Assembly (NCBI GenBank): GCA_965655095.1
Contig: OZ296648.1
Span: forward strand, 6,076,001 to 6,140,000
Origin: Haplodiscus bocki
Lineage: Eukaryota
Length of the DNA stretch: 64,000 bases
Direction of reading: 5' to 3'
The translations under genes were made by a program, and so were the position numbers. Every line of letters starts with the position of its first letter. The stretch's first letter is position 1. The notes under the pieces are model-generated. The model was not told the origin of the DNA. It made no database searches and saw only the letters and a list, made by a program, of their open reading frames with translations. Below are positions 46,275 through 59,009 of this stretch, piece after piece.

Positions 46275-49200
46275 ATGGTTAAGGATCAGATAGCCAGCCA
46301 GGAAACTTTGCCATCTGAGGAAATGTTGAATTGCACATTCTGTGCGAAGCTCTTCACGAACAAAAAGCTTTTAAATTGGCACATTCGACGTGTGCATAAA
46401 ACAGAACCAAATGAGTCTATTCGGTCATTCAGCTGTGGTCACTGCGAAACAAAATTCACGCAAGTGAAGAACGTACTTCGCCATTTGAGGCAGCAGCACA
46501 ATTACTCGCAAAACTATCGCTGTCAGGAATGTGCACGTGTATTTGGTACGAACGCTTCGCTTCAAGAACATTCAACGGAAAATCATGCAACCTTTTCATC
46601 ACAACAATCAGCAACAAATCCCGGCGATTGGGGAATTCCCGCGCTAGTGACCACCAGTTCTGCAATAAATTCATATTTCAACGTTCATCGTTTCGACTTC
46701 ACTTCCCAAACAGTGGACCCATTTGCCTTTCTAATTGGACCTATCGGAGAGCTAATTTCTTTCATCAACGATAAACTATCTAATGTACACATGACTCGCG
46801 TCGGGCTGTGCATGCAAGTGAAAATGGTGAAACCATTAACAGGAGAGACTACCGAGCCTTTCTTTAACACAGTCCTTTTATCTTTGGCTCAAGTTGTTAC
46901 GGAGGACGACGTCTACAATCTCATTGATCAAATAATTAGTCAGCTCAATATATTTAGCACTGGTGGTTCGGGTTGGATTGTGGAGAAACTATTACAATTT
47001 GATATCAAAACAAGCAAAACTCCTCGACTTGGTGGAAGTTCCTATATACCAACACCGCCAGATCTCTGTGCCCGGATTTCACGGCACTGCCTTTTAAACA
47101 TTCGTAATTTGTATGACAACTATTGCTTTTTATACTCAGTAGCAGCTGCACTGTTTCCAGCTGAAAAAAATCGTCAGCGACCCAGGAACTATATTGACAA
47201 ATTCCAGCAATTCATTTTCGACCCGGCCGCAATGCCAATGAAACTTGTGAATATGCCGAAGTTTGAACGCGACAACAATTTGTCAATAAATGTGTACAGT
47301 TACGAAGATGGTTCTCTATCTTGTTGTTATCTGACGAAAAACAAGACTGCCGCTGGCAAAATTAAACTGCTGCTGTTAACAGAGGAAAACAACTCCCATT
47401 ACTGCTTAATCACTAATTTTCAAACATTCATCCATCGGGTGTGTCGCTCGAAAAAGAAGGCAGAAAAAGGGCCAAAAACAAAATTTTGCAGCAACTGCAT
47501 GCACTTTGTGATCAAATCTGAATACAGTAGGCACGTAAAGTTTTGCAAAACTAACAGACCGCTGGATATTTCAATGCCCTCAAATGGTTCTAAAATTCAA
47601 TTCTCAAATTGGCAAAAAACACAAAAATGCTTGTTCGTGGTATACGCAGACTTGGAGGCAATTAATGTTGCTGTAAACGAACCTCAAACTTCGAAGAACA
47701 CCAAAAACATTGAGCGGCAGTATCGAGCAAGTTATGGAGCTGTGTTGGTAAATTCGAAAAGTAAGTTCCACTTGAATACCATTTTTTGGTTTCTCAAAAG
47801 CCCATCTTACATTTCTAATTTTTTTTAGCCAATAAATTTCAGTTCGAGTCGTTTTACCTTGGGCAGGACTGTATCGAAAAGCTGATTAGTTGCCTTCGAA
47901 AATGGTTGGGGTGGAGTGAAAGTCAGCAACAAAATTATCGAAAGCTTTCATCAGTCATGTCCTGGAGTGAACGGCAGCAGCTTTTGTCAACAGAAAACCC
48001 AATTTGCTGTTTGTGCCAGGAACACGTTAGCCACAAAAAAGAAATGGTTATTCATCATTGTCACTATTCTGGTCAAGTTTACGGGATCGCGCATTCTAGA
48101 TGTAACCTAAAGGCCCGTCGCTCTAATTTTCTGCCCGTATTCTTTCACAACCTTGCACGTTACGACGCGCACCACATCTTCAAAAATTTGCAACTCGCAG
48201 CCAATGAAAAGCTCTCTGCCATTTCAATCCAGAACTGATGAAACGTTTACTTCCTTCAGTATATCGGTAAAATTTGGTGAATACAAAAATAAATTCAACG
48301 TGAAAGTGCCTCTTTACAGCCACATTCGTTTTCTCGACAGTTTTCAATTCATGTCACAGGGTTTGGACAACTTGGCGAAAACCCTGCATCATGAAAACTT
48401 CAAACTCTCACGAGAAGCATTCGGCAACTTGAATGATGACGATTTCATCAGTGTCACTCGAAAAGGCTTCTTTCCATATAATTATCTGGACAGTTTTCAA
48501 AAATTTAGTGCACCGTTTCCAGCTTTTGGCCCCGATTGGAAAAACACGCTGTCGGGGAAAATTGAAATTAGTGAAAAAAACTACACGCAAGCTTTAGCAA
48601 TGTATAATTTGTTTGCTTGTAAAGACTTTGGAGATTACCACGATCTGTATTTACGAATCGACGTCTTCATACTAGCTGATGTATTTGAAACGTTCAGGAA
48701 CGTATGTCTTAAGGTTTACAATTTGGATCCTGCTCATTTCTTCTCAGCACCGAATCTCAGCTGGGATGCAATGTTGATTACAACTAGGGCAGAGATTGGG
48801 TTATTGACAGACATTGAAATGTTGCTCTTTTGTGAAAGGGCAATTAGGGGTGGTGTCAATGGCATCGGAGCTTTGCGACACTTCAAAGCCAACAATCCCG
48901 ACAATGATTACAATGCAAATGAACCTACAGTGTATGGAGCATTTTTCGATGTCACCTCGTTGTATGCCGGAACTATGCAACAGTCTTTGCCACTGGGAGC
49001 CTACACCTGGAGAGCAGATTTGACCATTGATGATATTCTGAACGCTGACCCAATGGGTGAATTTGGTTTCTTTGTAGAAGTGGACTTAATTTATCCGAAA
49101 GAGCTCCATCACTCTCACAATGATCTTCCCCTTGCGCCGGAAAAATTGGCAATTCAACCAGAATGGTTATCACTATATGCCAAGTCATTCAACATTCCAC

Positions 49201-50216
49201 CTTCTGCTGTAGAAAAATTGGTAGAAACGCTATTTGACAAAAGACTCTATGTGTGTCATTTCCGTAATTTGCAATTCTACCATCAGCAGGGACTCAAGGT
49301 TGATAAACTGCATAGGGTCCTACAATTCAAGCAGAGCAATTGGCTAGGCACGTACATAAACAAAAACACTGTGATGCGAACACAAGCAACAAATGAATTT
49401 GAGAAAAACTTTTACAAATTGATGTCCAATGCTTGTTTTGGCAAAACTATGGAGAATCTTCGAAACCGAAGACTCATCAACTTTGTGCAAAATGAAACAC
49501 AGGCCAACAGTCTCAGTTTTAAGCCAAACTTCAAGTCGTTCAACATTATTAATGCGAATTTGGTATCGGTCGTAATGAACAACACCAAAATTTTGTGGAA
49601 TAAGCCAACACCTGTAGGTGCGGCCATATTGGCCCTCTCCAAGTTGACACTGTATGGATTCCATTATAAGGAGATGAAACCTCGATATGGAAATTCAATC
49701 ACCGTTGTTTATAAAGATACAGACTCCCTCCTATATCGCGTGGAAACAAACAACCTCTATTCTGATATGGGCAACTTAAAGCACCTTTTTGATCTGTCTG
49801 ATTATCCAACCAGTCATCCCTTGTTCGATGCTTCTAATAAGAAGGTGCCCCTTACCATGACTGATGAATTGCAGGGAAAAGTGTTAGAAGTGGTGTGCTT
49901 GCGATCGAAACTTTACAGCATAAAGTTCAACGGTGGAGTCAAACAAAGTGCCAGGGGCGTTCAGAAAAGTGTAAAGAAGTCTCTTCATCATGAAGCCTAC
50001 CGTGAATGCTTGTTCAATAAAACAACAATGCAGAAAGAAATGACCCAATTGCGTTCTGAAAATCATCAGATTATCGTCAATAGACTGAGCAAAGTTGCCC
50101 TCAACGCGTTTGACGGCACACGATATCTCTTGGGGGATGGAATCCAATCTGCTGCATATGGCCATGTGCAGCTAATTCAATTTCGTGGTATATTTCAACT
50201 CCTTTCTAAGCGTTAA
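46275..50216 (+). pseudogene. Polinton 2 protein-primed DNA polymerase B with 3x C2H2 fingers (one intron, one frameshift near 48230)
   Basis: GSGW, DNYCFLY, VYADLEA, HHCHYSG...AHSRCNL, FHNLARYD, DVTSLY, KLMSNACFGK and YKDTDS. Confidence 0.95.
47761..47828 (+). other. Predicted 68-nt GT-AG intron in Polinton 2 pPolB
   Basis: GTAAGT...CTAAT TTTTTTTAG, phase 1. Removal gives GAVLVNSK-T-NKFQFESFYLGQDCIEKL, in frame with ORF 47906-48238. Confidence 0.85.
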
Positions 50217-50565
50217 AGCTTGTTTTTCTCATAGTCACCATTTAATAAAAAGTTGTTTTTTTTGTAGAGGTGCCGTCGTTCGAAAATGATAGTGGTGACG
50301 ATGATAACAGCACCATTACATCTAACTGTAACGTTGTTGATAAAGAATCTACCGCCTCTTGTTCTTCCTCCAATTCTGAATACTGATGACGAAGATAAGT
50401 TTTCATCTACATGTACTGCTACGTTTTCATTATCTGCTGATGATCACGCACCTAATAATGGTCAACAGCCTACTACTTCGACGGCAATTTGGTTGCCCAC
50501 CACCACCTCCATTCGTTCTGTATTTAGTTGGTAACGTTTTATCATGTTAAGAGTCCATGTAATAT

Positions 50566-50808
50566 TTGGGATGGTTATTTGAATGTTTCGCTGCTGGTCC
50601 AATTGATCCCGGGTTCATCTCCCGATCTGACAATGAATGTTCTACTGCTGATATTGTTGATTGGGACAACTTGATCGATGATAATATGGAGACCGAAATC
50701 GAAAAAGCGTCCTATAGGAAAACGCGTTGTCCCTTTATAGATGACAAAGCTGTCGAGAGTGAGGGTGGCGGTGGCGATGATGATGATGATAATGAAAACT
50801 TTCAATGA
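50566..50808 (+). CDS. Polinton 2 acidic ORF or terminal exon downstream of pPolB
   Basis: DPGF...DIVDWDNL...PFIDDKAVES, homologous to 33669-33944. Confidence 0.55.
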   Translation: MGWLFECFAAGPIDPGFISRSDNECSTADIVDWDNLIDDNMETEIEKASYRKTRCPFIDDKAVESEGGGGDDDDDNENFQ

Positions 50809-50953
50809 TTTTGACCACAACCAACCTGCGTTTCGCCTACCAACAATCAATTAAGCTTCTCTAGTTATGCTCAGAATAGAGAAATAAAAAATAGCCAGCC
50901 TGATGATTTCATTTTTTTAATTCATTCTAAGTTGTCAAAATACCATATAGTAT

Positions 50954-51646
50954 TTAAATGAGTTTATACTTCAGTTCCAATTTACAGTGAGTATTAAAAA
51001 AGCGCACTACATCAATTTCATGTATTTGCCTCAAGGGCTGCAAAAGAGTATTCAGAGTAAGGTAATCAATCTCTTCCTTCTCCTCAACTGAAATGCACTG
51101 GTGGCTGGAGGATGTGAAGCTAATAAAATGTTGCAGAACATTCTTTTCAATTAAATAATGGGCCATATAGAGACAATGCAAACCGCACAAGTTTGAGGTG
51201 GGAGTTTGAATGGGTAAGCCAATTTGATAAAGCTCCAGCATTTGTGTCGAATGCAAAAAAAACTTCAAGCGTTTAAAAAAGTGCGTATATTGTCTGATAG
51301 GCATACCCATGCAATCCCACACAAGCACCACGCTCTTGTGTTCAATTTATTTATAGCCTTGTTTTAATCCTTGTTGTTGTGGGTACTGATCATTATTTTT
51401 AGTAGTCTTCATGGGCACTGCTGCAACAATCAATAAAATCCAGTGCCGCCCCACGTCATTCGACCGGGCACTGTTTACAATTTGAAATTGGAAAATCATA
51501 CTGTCACATAGGTTAGGATGATTATTGTGGTGGCCAGCACTACTGGTCCCGAGATGAAAGTTATCTGCTGACCACACACCACCAAATTTGGTCCACAATG
51601 CCGGACAGTAGTCTCTGGCCATTGCATCCAAAGTAATGTTATCCAT
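50954..51646 (-). pseudogene. Polinton 2 adenain-like cysteine protease (disrupted)
   Basis: FGGVWSADNF, IVNS...GRHW, VWDCMG and IQ...SNLCGLHC in two ORF pieces. Confidence 0.88.
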
Positions 51647-53001
51647 TTATAATTGAGTTTTTCGAAATGTTGCGATGCGAATCAATGTAAATTTGACTGA
51701 ATCGTTCGCCAATGAGAAATAATTCGACTGCCGTAGTCAAAGCTGCGTCAAATGCAAGTTTGAGTGTGATTCCGGCTCCAGTCAATTCAGGAAAAAGTGT
51801 AAAAGACTTGCTGGCCTCCCGCGTAGAAGTTAGATCAAACACAAGTATGAAGCGATCGTCTTCAAAATCTTGCATCAAAATTCCATTGCCACTCCTGTTG
51901 AAGCCCAATGCTGATATTGTGTTGTAATATAAACGTGTACCGTTGCCGGTATCTATTGGTGTACCGGCAATGGGAACACCGTTGCCGCGTTGAATTTCAA
52001 CCTTTTGTAGGCCAAATTTGCCGTACGAAAGGGCGTTGAGGCTATCGTAGTTCCGCGAAAATGACTATTTCTCACCATACACATTGTCAAGCGGCGAATA
52101 GGCTCGGTGCCGAAAATGTTTTCCTTGACGAAGCAATTTTGCCCAGCTTGAATGATAAAACTCTTGTTTAGGTTTTCAATATACGGGTACACAGCTGGGC
52201 TCTTTGACAACGCTCGCTTAATGCTCATTTTCACGGAGTCGGAAAGCACAACCTTGTTCACAACGAGGCCTTTTCAATAACAACACTATAGGGTGTCTGG
52301 TCTGCAGCCTTAATAGCATCTGCGTCCAGGGTCCCAACTGCTTCAAGCGAACAATTGCTCGGTGCTCTGTAGAGACGCAAGTGAAGTGTCACACCTGGCA
52401 GCAGGAATCGCTCACATTCGAAAAAATCCACGTGCGGCGCACCGTACAAACTAATATTGTAGTTGCCTCTCTTCGTGAAGGCATCTATGATTTTGTCTTT
52501 TTGTTCCGCATACTGCTTGGCGTCACCCCTGTACCTGTAGCCTTGACACTGGGCCCAAGTCTGTTTGCCTTCAGTGTCTGAGGTCAATTCAGTTTCTACA
52601 AACGCTGCATGGTGGTAGTTGTTGTTGCTGCTCGAAATTAGTTTGCCATTCAAAAATAGCTCGACATGCGAAAATAGTGAATGTAATAGATTGTTGCCAT
52701 AAATGAGTACTGGATCGGTTCCGGGCTTGACTAGTGTTTTACCATCGGGTGTGTACAATGAAACGTCCAAAGCAAGACAAATTCTATTAAGATCAATGCA
52801 GTTTTTATTCTCGGCAGTCACAAAAAAGTCCAACTGAGGTCCCCTACAGCCAACATGTGGAAAGACTTCTTGATCGTAAGCACCTTCATAATTAATTAGA
52901 ACGTGTGGTCGTTCAAAACAATCTAGCGCACTGTGGGTCACTGGGTTTGCAATTTCGGTTGATTTACTGTACATTGTTGTCGTCGGTGCTGTTGACGCCA
53001 T
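51639..53001 (-). pseudogene. Polinton 2 major capsid protein (two frameshifts)
   Basis: ORFs 52258-53001, 51953-52261 and 51639-51908 align end to end with the element-1 MCP (NNLLHSLFSHVELFLNG, VFDLTS, IDSHRNI). Confidence 0.9.
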
Positions 53002-53113
53002 TAGGTAGTCTTGTGTTTGTTAGTATGTTTGTGTTTGTGAATGTGTGTGTGTGTGTGCCTGTGTTTAGATTATGCTCCCCTCTGTATTTCCTCTTCTTTT
53101 TCACCTTCCTTTG

Positions 53114-53694
53114 TCAATTGTCAAAGTTTACTGTGGATAAAATGTCGGACCGACTTCTTTTGGCGGTGTTTCGCCTCGAAATGACCACATCATTAGCAGC
53201 CACTGGTGATTTTGCTTGCCCTCCTCCTACTCGTCCTCGCCGTCCAACACCACTACCCTTGGCATGTACCTGCGCGGCTTGCAACCCTGTCGTCCGCCCG
53301 CCGCCGCGCGCCCGCCCTCCGCCGTGCGAGCGTCCCGTCCGTTCGCTGCGACCGGTCCGTCGGCCGCCCGCGGCCGGCGACGCGGTCATGTTAGTCAGTG
53401 TTTTATTTACAGACTTTTTGAAGGACTCTTTAAGGCTGTTCTTGGTCGCTTGCGACTGGCCGACGTCGACGACACTAGTTCGGGTACAATGGATGTGAAC
53501 TTTTTACCAAGCTCTTTGGCCACAGGCACAACGTACTTTTTCACGACTGGCATGGCAACTCGACCCATTCGCATGGCAAATGCTCCAATTCCCCCGCCCG
53601 ATCCAAACTGTCGTGCCGGTCCTCCATAAACTCTTGCTCCTCCTCCTCGCATTGAAGACTGTTCAAGAATTTGATTGTCATAATGCGAATCCAT
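53114..53694 (-). pseudogene. Polinton 2 Arg/Gly-rich core protein (frameshifted)
   Basis: GPARQFGSGGGIGAFAMRMGRVAMP, RG-rich tract and C-terminal SDILS shared with element 1. Confidence 0.65.
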
Positions 53695-53889
53695 CTCACT
53701 GCCTTACTCGCTCCCTCTCAAGTTTGTTCAAGAATTGATAATTTTTCTTTCTTTCTCTCACCACCGCCACCACCTTGGCTCCAAGTGTGCACAACTGATT
53801 TTCAAAATGCTTTTTAAATAATGCTGACAAAACCTTTGTACGAAAGAAAGAGAGAGAGAAAATTGGCAGACAACCATTTCAGTGGCGCA

Positions 53890-54900
53890 TCATGCCAGTC
53901 GTTTTAGAAATTGTAAGGTGACGTTTGTCCTACCACGGCTCAAAAATGGTACTAGTTGGCCAATTTCGTTTCGTAGCGAGATTGAAATTGACTATACCGT
54001 AGTCTTGACGATGCGTTTCCACTGTAGATTGGTAAACGTTTGATAATGTAGGCTAGTGAAAACTGCCGGCTGATGATTAACACTGACCCTTGTTGACGAC
54101 GATTTACCATCGTATGGTTGATTTTGACGGTGAAAAGTTGGTAGTGGAATGGCCCTCAGCAATGCAGTTTGGCAGTCGCCCAAAATCTCATTTTGCACCA
54201 GGTCGCAATAGATCAGTATTGTGTGACATCCAGCATTCAATTCTGTGGGATACTGACCAGCACTTTTTGTTTGGAAAGCATCATGTCCACCGCCACCATT
54301 GCCATTTTCACTACGGTCTTTCACATTTGATAGGCTGCTGCTGCTGCAATCGACTAGCGTTGTCATACCCAAAATGTTTTGCAAATCGGCCGACTGCGAT
54401 TTGAGGATTAGGCGGTCATCGTTACTTCCACTAAATTTGACTCGTAGTGTTTGTGTTTGAGCATCAATTTTCCAAGAGATTGGGAATTGCTTGCTGCTGC
54501 TGGCCAACTTGTTGCGAAATACTTGCTTGCATATTGAATCCATTATAAGATCAATGCTCGAGTAGATTCCGTGTTTTATATTTTCTAAAGCTGGCGGCGC
54601 AAATGTTTCGCCCGAGTACTTATTCGACGTGTACATTGTAACCATTCCGGGACGGCGATGCCGTGGTGGTGGCCGTGCATCTTCTTCTTGGCAATTTATA
54701 AATTGGTAGGAAAAGTTTCCTTGAAGAACATTTTGTACAAGGCTCGGCCAAGACATTTCCACAATTGCCACCTCCCAATCGCCCATCAGTTGTGTTGGAT
54801 GTGGCAGCAGAGTGGTAAAGTTCGCGAGAGTGTTGTCGGGAAACGTGGACATGGACGCGTTTGAAACTAAATTTATAGTAAATTGCTCCTGTTGAGACAT
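53890..54900 (-). pseudogene. Polinton 2 minor capsid protein (frameshift near C-terminus)
   Basis: FTINLVSNASMSTFPDN...WEVAIVEMSWP and IYCDLVQNEILGD..TALLRAIP. The final ISISLRNE.GQLVPF..GRT is in another frame. Confidence 0.87.
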
Positions 54901-54902
54901 TT

Positions 54903-54919
54903 GTGGGTGTGTGTGTGTT

Positions 54920-54957
<38 letters not shown>
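54903..54957. repeat. (TG)n microsatellite inside Polinton 2
   Basis: Interrupted TG run directly upstream of the penton ATG. Confidence 0.95.
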
Positions 54958-54960
<3 letters not shown>

Positions 54961-54987
54961 TTGCAAATCTATTGAAGACGACAGCGA

Positions 54988-56223
54988 CTAGTGTTGTGGG
55001 GATTCACAGTTGTTGTTGTTGTTAATGTGCTTAAAGTGAACCAATTCGGGTTCGTAAAATTTGCCTTTGATAACTTGTTTGTTGCAATCGCTTATAGAAT
55101 ACGTTGGAGGGTTGAGTGTCTGGATGGCCGCAATGGTGAAAACTTCTTCGGTAAATTGTATGCGATAGCCACGATGAAAAGTGTCAATTTTTCGTCTGAT
55201 TCTGACCTTTTGGCCAATTTTAAATTTTGGTTCTTGTACCTTGTTAGTTGCTTGTAGTGATATCAAGAATAGTACGTCTTTAAGATCCACATTTTTGGGA
55301 GCAATATGTGTAACACGATTTATTCTACCATTGATTATGCTGACAAAGTTTGGTAGTTGATCCAAGTAAATGTCGGTATTGTTTTCATGAAGGTACTTGA
55401 ATACTAATGCCTTAAGCGAACGGATATTGCGCTCTGCGAAGACCGACTTTGTTTCACTGCAAGTTGAATAGATTGTCATGGAGCGTTCTCGGCAATAATC
55501 GGCAAACTCCCCAGCGAATTCTCAACCCTTATCTACCCAAATCTTTTCCGGTTTAGTGGGTACTTTTTCCTTCCCGCGACAAAATTTGGGTTGCATCTGC
55601 TGCCTGCCAGCTTGGCAACATGTAATAATTGAGTTTAGAGCATCAGCGCACGACTTTGCACTTTTGCCTTTGATCGGATATACGCAGAGAAACCTACTCA
55701 ACGTGTCTACGGCCACAAAGAGGTATCTAACACCATCATTCGCGCGTGACAATTTTTGCATATCCGCCAAATCAACAGACCAAATTTCATTCAATCGAAA
55801 GCTTTGCACCTTGAGTCTAATGAAACGCCTTCTCGTTTGTTTAAATTTGGTATATGTTTCGCTACTGGCTAACTACTTGTCAACGTCACTGTAGCTGCAG
55901 CGCGATACTGTTTTCAACGATTGGCGACTACCAAAGGCCGCGGGGTTGTCACAATTTGTGTATATGCTATGTAGTTTGCTAAATGTTACCGTGTCTTTGT
56001 TTGCAGGCACAAGTCTTCTCGTGTGTGAACATTTGGTACATAAAAAGTCTTTTCTCGTACGATAATCGACAACATTTACCAAGCCGCTGCAAGAAAAATG
56101 TACCCAACCACAAACATGACACCAAGTAGATGGTTTTGTTCGAGAACCCTTCCCCAAGTCTTTCAAACAGCTACCGCATGTGTAGGTTGGTTTTTTATTT
56201 GGTGGTGCCTTCTTTTTGCGCAT
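54988..56223 (-). pseudogene. Polinton 2 integrase with N-terminal PHD finger (disrupted)
   Basis: CGSC...WCHVCGWVHFSCSGL...FLCTKC reads in frame into IYTN.DNPAAFGS, then WSVDLADM, IWVDKG, AERNIRSLK and GKFYEPEL. Confidence 0.92.
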
Positions 56224-56334
56224 ACTAGTGTCAATGGGATGTGTGTTGTTGTGCAGACTGAACAACTAGCTAGTGGCTTGTGTCTTATGAAAATGAATTG
56301 GAGTGTCTTGTTTGAGCGGATACTACACAATAAC

Positions 56335-57060
56335 CTAGTACATCTTGAACCATTTGTACTGGTCTGTAGTAGTGTCGTCGGGTGCACTACGTTTCATGTC
56401 GTTTGCAACTTGCTTTGCATTGGTGTTTGTCATTAGGTATTCGGGTAACCTCAACTGACGAACAAGGTCGAGACAACCTTCACTTAGCCTCTTAGTTGGT
56501 ACTTGCAAGTCGGACAGGAATGCAAAAATTGTCAAACCAGTGTCTCTGTCATAGAGGTGCAGCCTTCCTGAATTTGAGTCAATGGTTACTGAATCACTGA
56601 CTTGTATTTTGCGAAGTATTTGACGAGCTCGTTCCACTTTTCCAGCACTCAATCCACAAGCTAAAAGTTCTAAGATCACGTCTGCTGAATTGTTGCGACC
56701 CCGATCAGCACCGTCATTATGTTCATTGGAAGACGAGAAGGAAAATGGTGGCATGTCTTTCAATTCTGCCCTTTTTTTGTTTGCCTCAAATCTTGTCTGA
56801 AGGTTCAGGTGAGTCACCGCCGCAGATGTACCCGCAGCAATATTCTCGTTTGTTTTCAAGTCAAAATCTAGGATTGAGCCATTTTGAGATGATGTCAAGT
56901 GTGTTGGTGAGGACTGCTGTTGTTGTACTAAACTGGTGCACTGATTGTGTGGCGATGCTGTAAGGACGATGTTATGGATGTGTTGTTTAGTTACCAATAG
57001 TGATGTGTATTCATCTCGAGTTATCAACACAAATTCTTTCACGCTACTGCTTGAGCTCAT
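56335..57060 (-). CDS. Polinton 2 conserved hypothetical protein (241 aa)
   Basis: Intact ORF, syntenic and homologous to 27864-28566. Confidence 0.78.
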   Translation of the reverse strand: MSSSSSVKEFVLITRDEYTSLLVTKQHIHNIVLTASPHNQCTSLVQQQQSSPTHLTSSQNGSILDFDLKTNENIAAGTSAAVTHLNLQTRFEANKKRAELKDMPPFSFSSSNEHNDGADRGRNNSADVILELLACGLSAGKVERARQILRKIQVSDSVTIDSNSGRLHLYDRDTGLTIFAFLSDLQVPTKRLSEGCLDLVRQLRLPEYLMTNTNAKQVANDMKRSAPDDTTTDQYKWFKMY

Positions 57061-57345
57061 GGCGCTTCTTTAAATATTTGAAATTGACGGTTGGATTAAT
57101 ACCAAAAGCTTCAAGCCTTCATCTGACAAAAGTAGCCGACGTTTGAGGGCTATTTTTATACCCCTTCGGTACAAGCGCTCTATTAGCCTTTTATTTCGAT
57201 CAAGTTTTCTTTGTAACGCTACTGTCCATTTTTACATGACCGTGTACTACGTTGAAAATGCAATCACAGAAAAATTTAATGTCATTGTTTGGACAATATG
57301 AAAGGAAGCTCTTCTTTACAATTGGTTTGAATGAATGGAACAAAT
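57060..57345 (-). pseudogene. Polinton 2 small basic protein (frameshifted)
   Basis: Manual translation PIVKKSFLSYCPNNDIKFFCDCIFNVVHGHV...LKRRLLLSDEGLKLL matches 27572-27880. Confidence 0.65.
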
Positions 57346-57369
57346 CAAGCTTATAATAGTCTCGTAGAC

Positions 57370-58044
57370 TCATTTTGTAGTTTCTGACGTTTTGCTGGTT
57401 GCTATGAAAAAGGATGATGGTCCTGCGCCAGAACAGTTGGTTGAAAATTTTAGTTTTGGGTCTGCTCGCGAATCCAAGTCAATCAACAATTGACCATAAG
57501 GTTTGAGTGTGGCTTTTTTATATGTCTCCAGCAAAAGCTTTCTTTGACCCATTTGCCTACCGAGAGTCGATATTTGCTCAACATCCCTCGGACTGTTGAA
57601 GAGAATCAGCTGACTAATCTTTAAATCAATTGTTTTAGAGTTTTTGGTTTGGTGATAGAGATTGTGCTTCATTGTAATCAAATGAACATTTCGATGGCGT
57701 CCCGAAACTACCAACTCGAGAAATTTTTCGTCTTGACTGGCCTGTTGATAAAGGTCATCGATGACAACCATTGTCCGTAGCTTTTGGGCTTCACACTTGT
57801 CAATAGCTGACCAGTTTATTCCCTGGTAAAACTCAATTGAATTCTTTTCGCCCATCATTCTAATATTCAGGGACTCATATTTCGGTTGAAAATGGTTATA
57901 AAAGTACAAAAATTTATCGAATGGCGGTTTGAAAACATTCCTTTGATTGACCAACATCTCTGCAACCAGTTGCGTTTTGCCACAGCCAGTCGGCCCCACA
58001 ATGGAGATGAAACAGTGTGGTTCGGTATCAATGCGTTTGTTCAT
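57370..58044 (-). CDS. Polinton 2 packaging ATPase
   Basis: GPTGCGKT, VVIDD, GRHRN and FNSPRD. Confidence 0.93.
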   Translation of the reverse strand: MNKRIDTEPHCFISIVGPTGCGKTQLVAEMLVNQRNVFKPPFDKFLYFYNHFQPKYESLNIRMMGEKNSIEFYQGINWSAIDKCEAQKLRTMVVIDDLYQQASQDEKFLELVVSGRHRNVHLITMKHNLYHQTKNSKTIDLKISQLILFNSPRDVEQISTLGRQMGQRKLLLETYKKATLKPYGQLLIDLDSRADPKLKFSTNCSGAGPSSFFIATSKTSETTK

Positions 58045-58319
58045 TGCCTAGTTGATGGGGGAGGAATAATGTAGCCGACGCTCGCTGAAAGAATAGCAAG
58101 TACACCTGACGATGTACTTGTGTTTGCCGGAGCAAGAATCAAGTAACCGATGCAAAACAGAATTACAGCGAAAATGGTTGAATAATGTAAGAGTAGGAAA
58201 GTAAACGCTCTATCACACAGTAATTGTTTTGTGGAACAACCACAACCGAGAACAAATGGCGGTTTCTCATTATTAGTGTCATCAAATATCAGTTCTCTGA
58301 CATTGGGGCCATCAGCCAA
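58041..58319 (-). CDS. Polinton 2 small two-TM protein
   Basis: LIFD...PPF...FC...LAILSASVGYIIPPP, homologous to 26516-26872. Confidence 0.75.
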   Translation of the reverse strand: MADGPNVRELIFDDTNNEKPPFVLGCGCSTKQLLCDRAFTFLLLHYSTIFAVILFCIGYLILAPANTSTSSGVLAILSASVGYIIPPPSTRQ

Positions 58320-58534
58320 ATCTAACGTAGTTTCTCGAATAGTTGATTCGGAAACGATAGAGGAATCACCATCATTTGTAATTGCAACTTTGGTAAATGT
58401 TTATTGTATGCAAATAAGTATTTAGGAAATGAATAACTTGATGGAAACCAAAGGTATATGTTGAAAGTGGAATCGCGACTCTAATTTGGGCAGAGCGTGC
58501 GACTGACATTGAGATTGATTTTTAAAGAAAATGG

Positions 58535-58999
58535 TTAGAAGCTATACTTCCGATACTCTTTGTTTGAAAAAAGTCTCAATGGAAACCAATACACCAGCCC
58601 AGTCAAATGACCCAGTAGCATGCTGTTAACAAAGATGGGCTTTTGTGACAACGCATAGACATAACCGGGCCCAATGTCATAATTGCTTTTCATAAAACCA
58701 AATGCGTCGTGAAATATGGCATGCAAACGCAACAATATAAAACGGTTCAAAAATTTGTCTAAACGGCTGTTGCCCGGTCCAATAAGACCACCATATATTG
58801 CCAATTCATTAATTTCGTGAAGACTGATGTCTTTGTTTAGACTATAGCACACTGCTAAGAATGCATTTTTTCGTCGTGTGTTTTTCGGAAAAGTATAGTT
58901 GACATGGTTGAAATTATTCTCCACAGCTTCACTACTTAGAAGGTGATGATGATGCATTCTATCTGTGTCTCTCGCAAGGAAAAACCAACTGATTATCAA
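58535..58999 (-). CDS. Polinton 2 phospholipase A2-like protein
   Basis: YGGLIGPGNSRL...HAIFHDAF, plus FPKNT..KNAFLAVC and GPGYVY shared with element 1. Confidence 0.6.
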   Translation of the reverse strand: MIISWFFLARDTDRMHHHHLLSSEAVENNFNHVNYTFPKNTRRKNAFLAVCYSLNKDISLHEINELAIYGGLIGPGNSRLDKFLNRFILLRLHAIFHDAFGFMKSNYDIGPGYVYALSQKPIFVNSMLLGHLTGLVYWFPLRLFSNKEYRKYSF

Positions 59000-59009
59000 G
59001 AAAAAGTCT

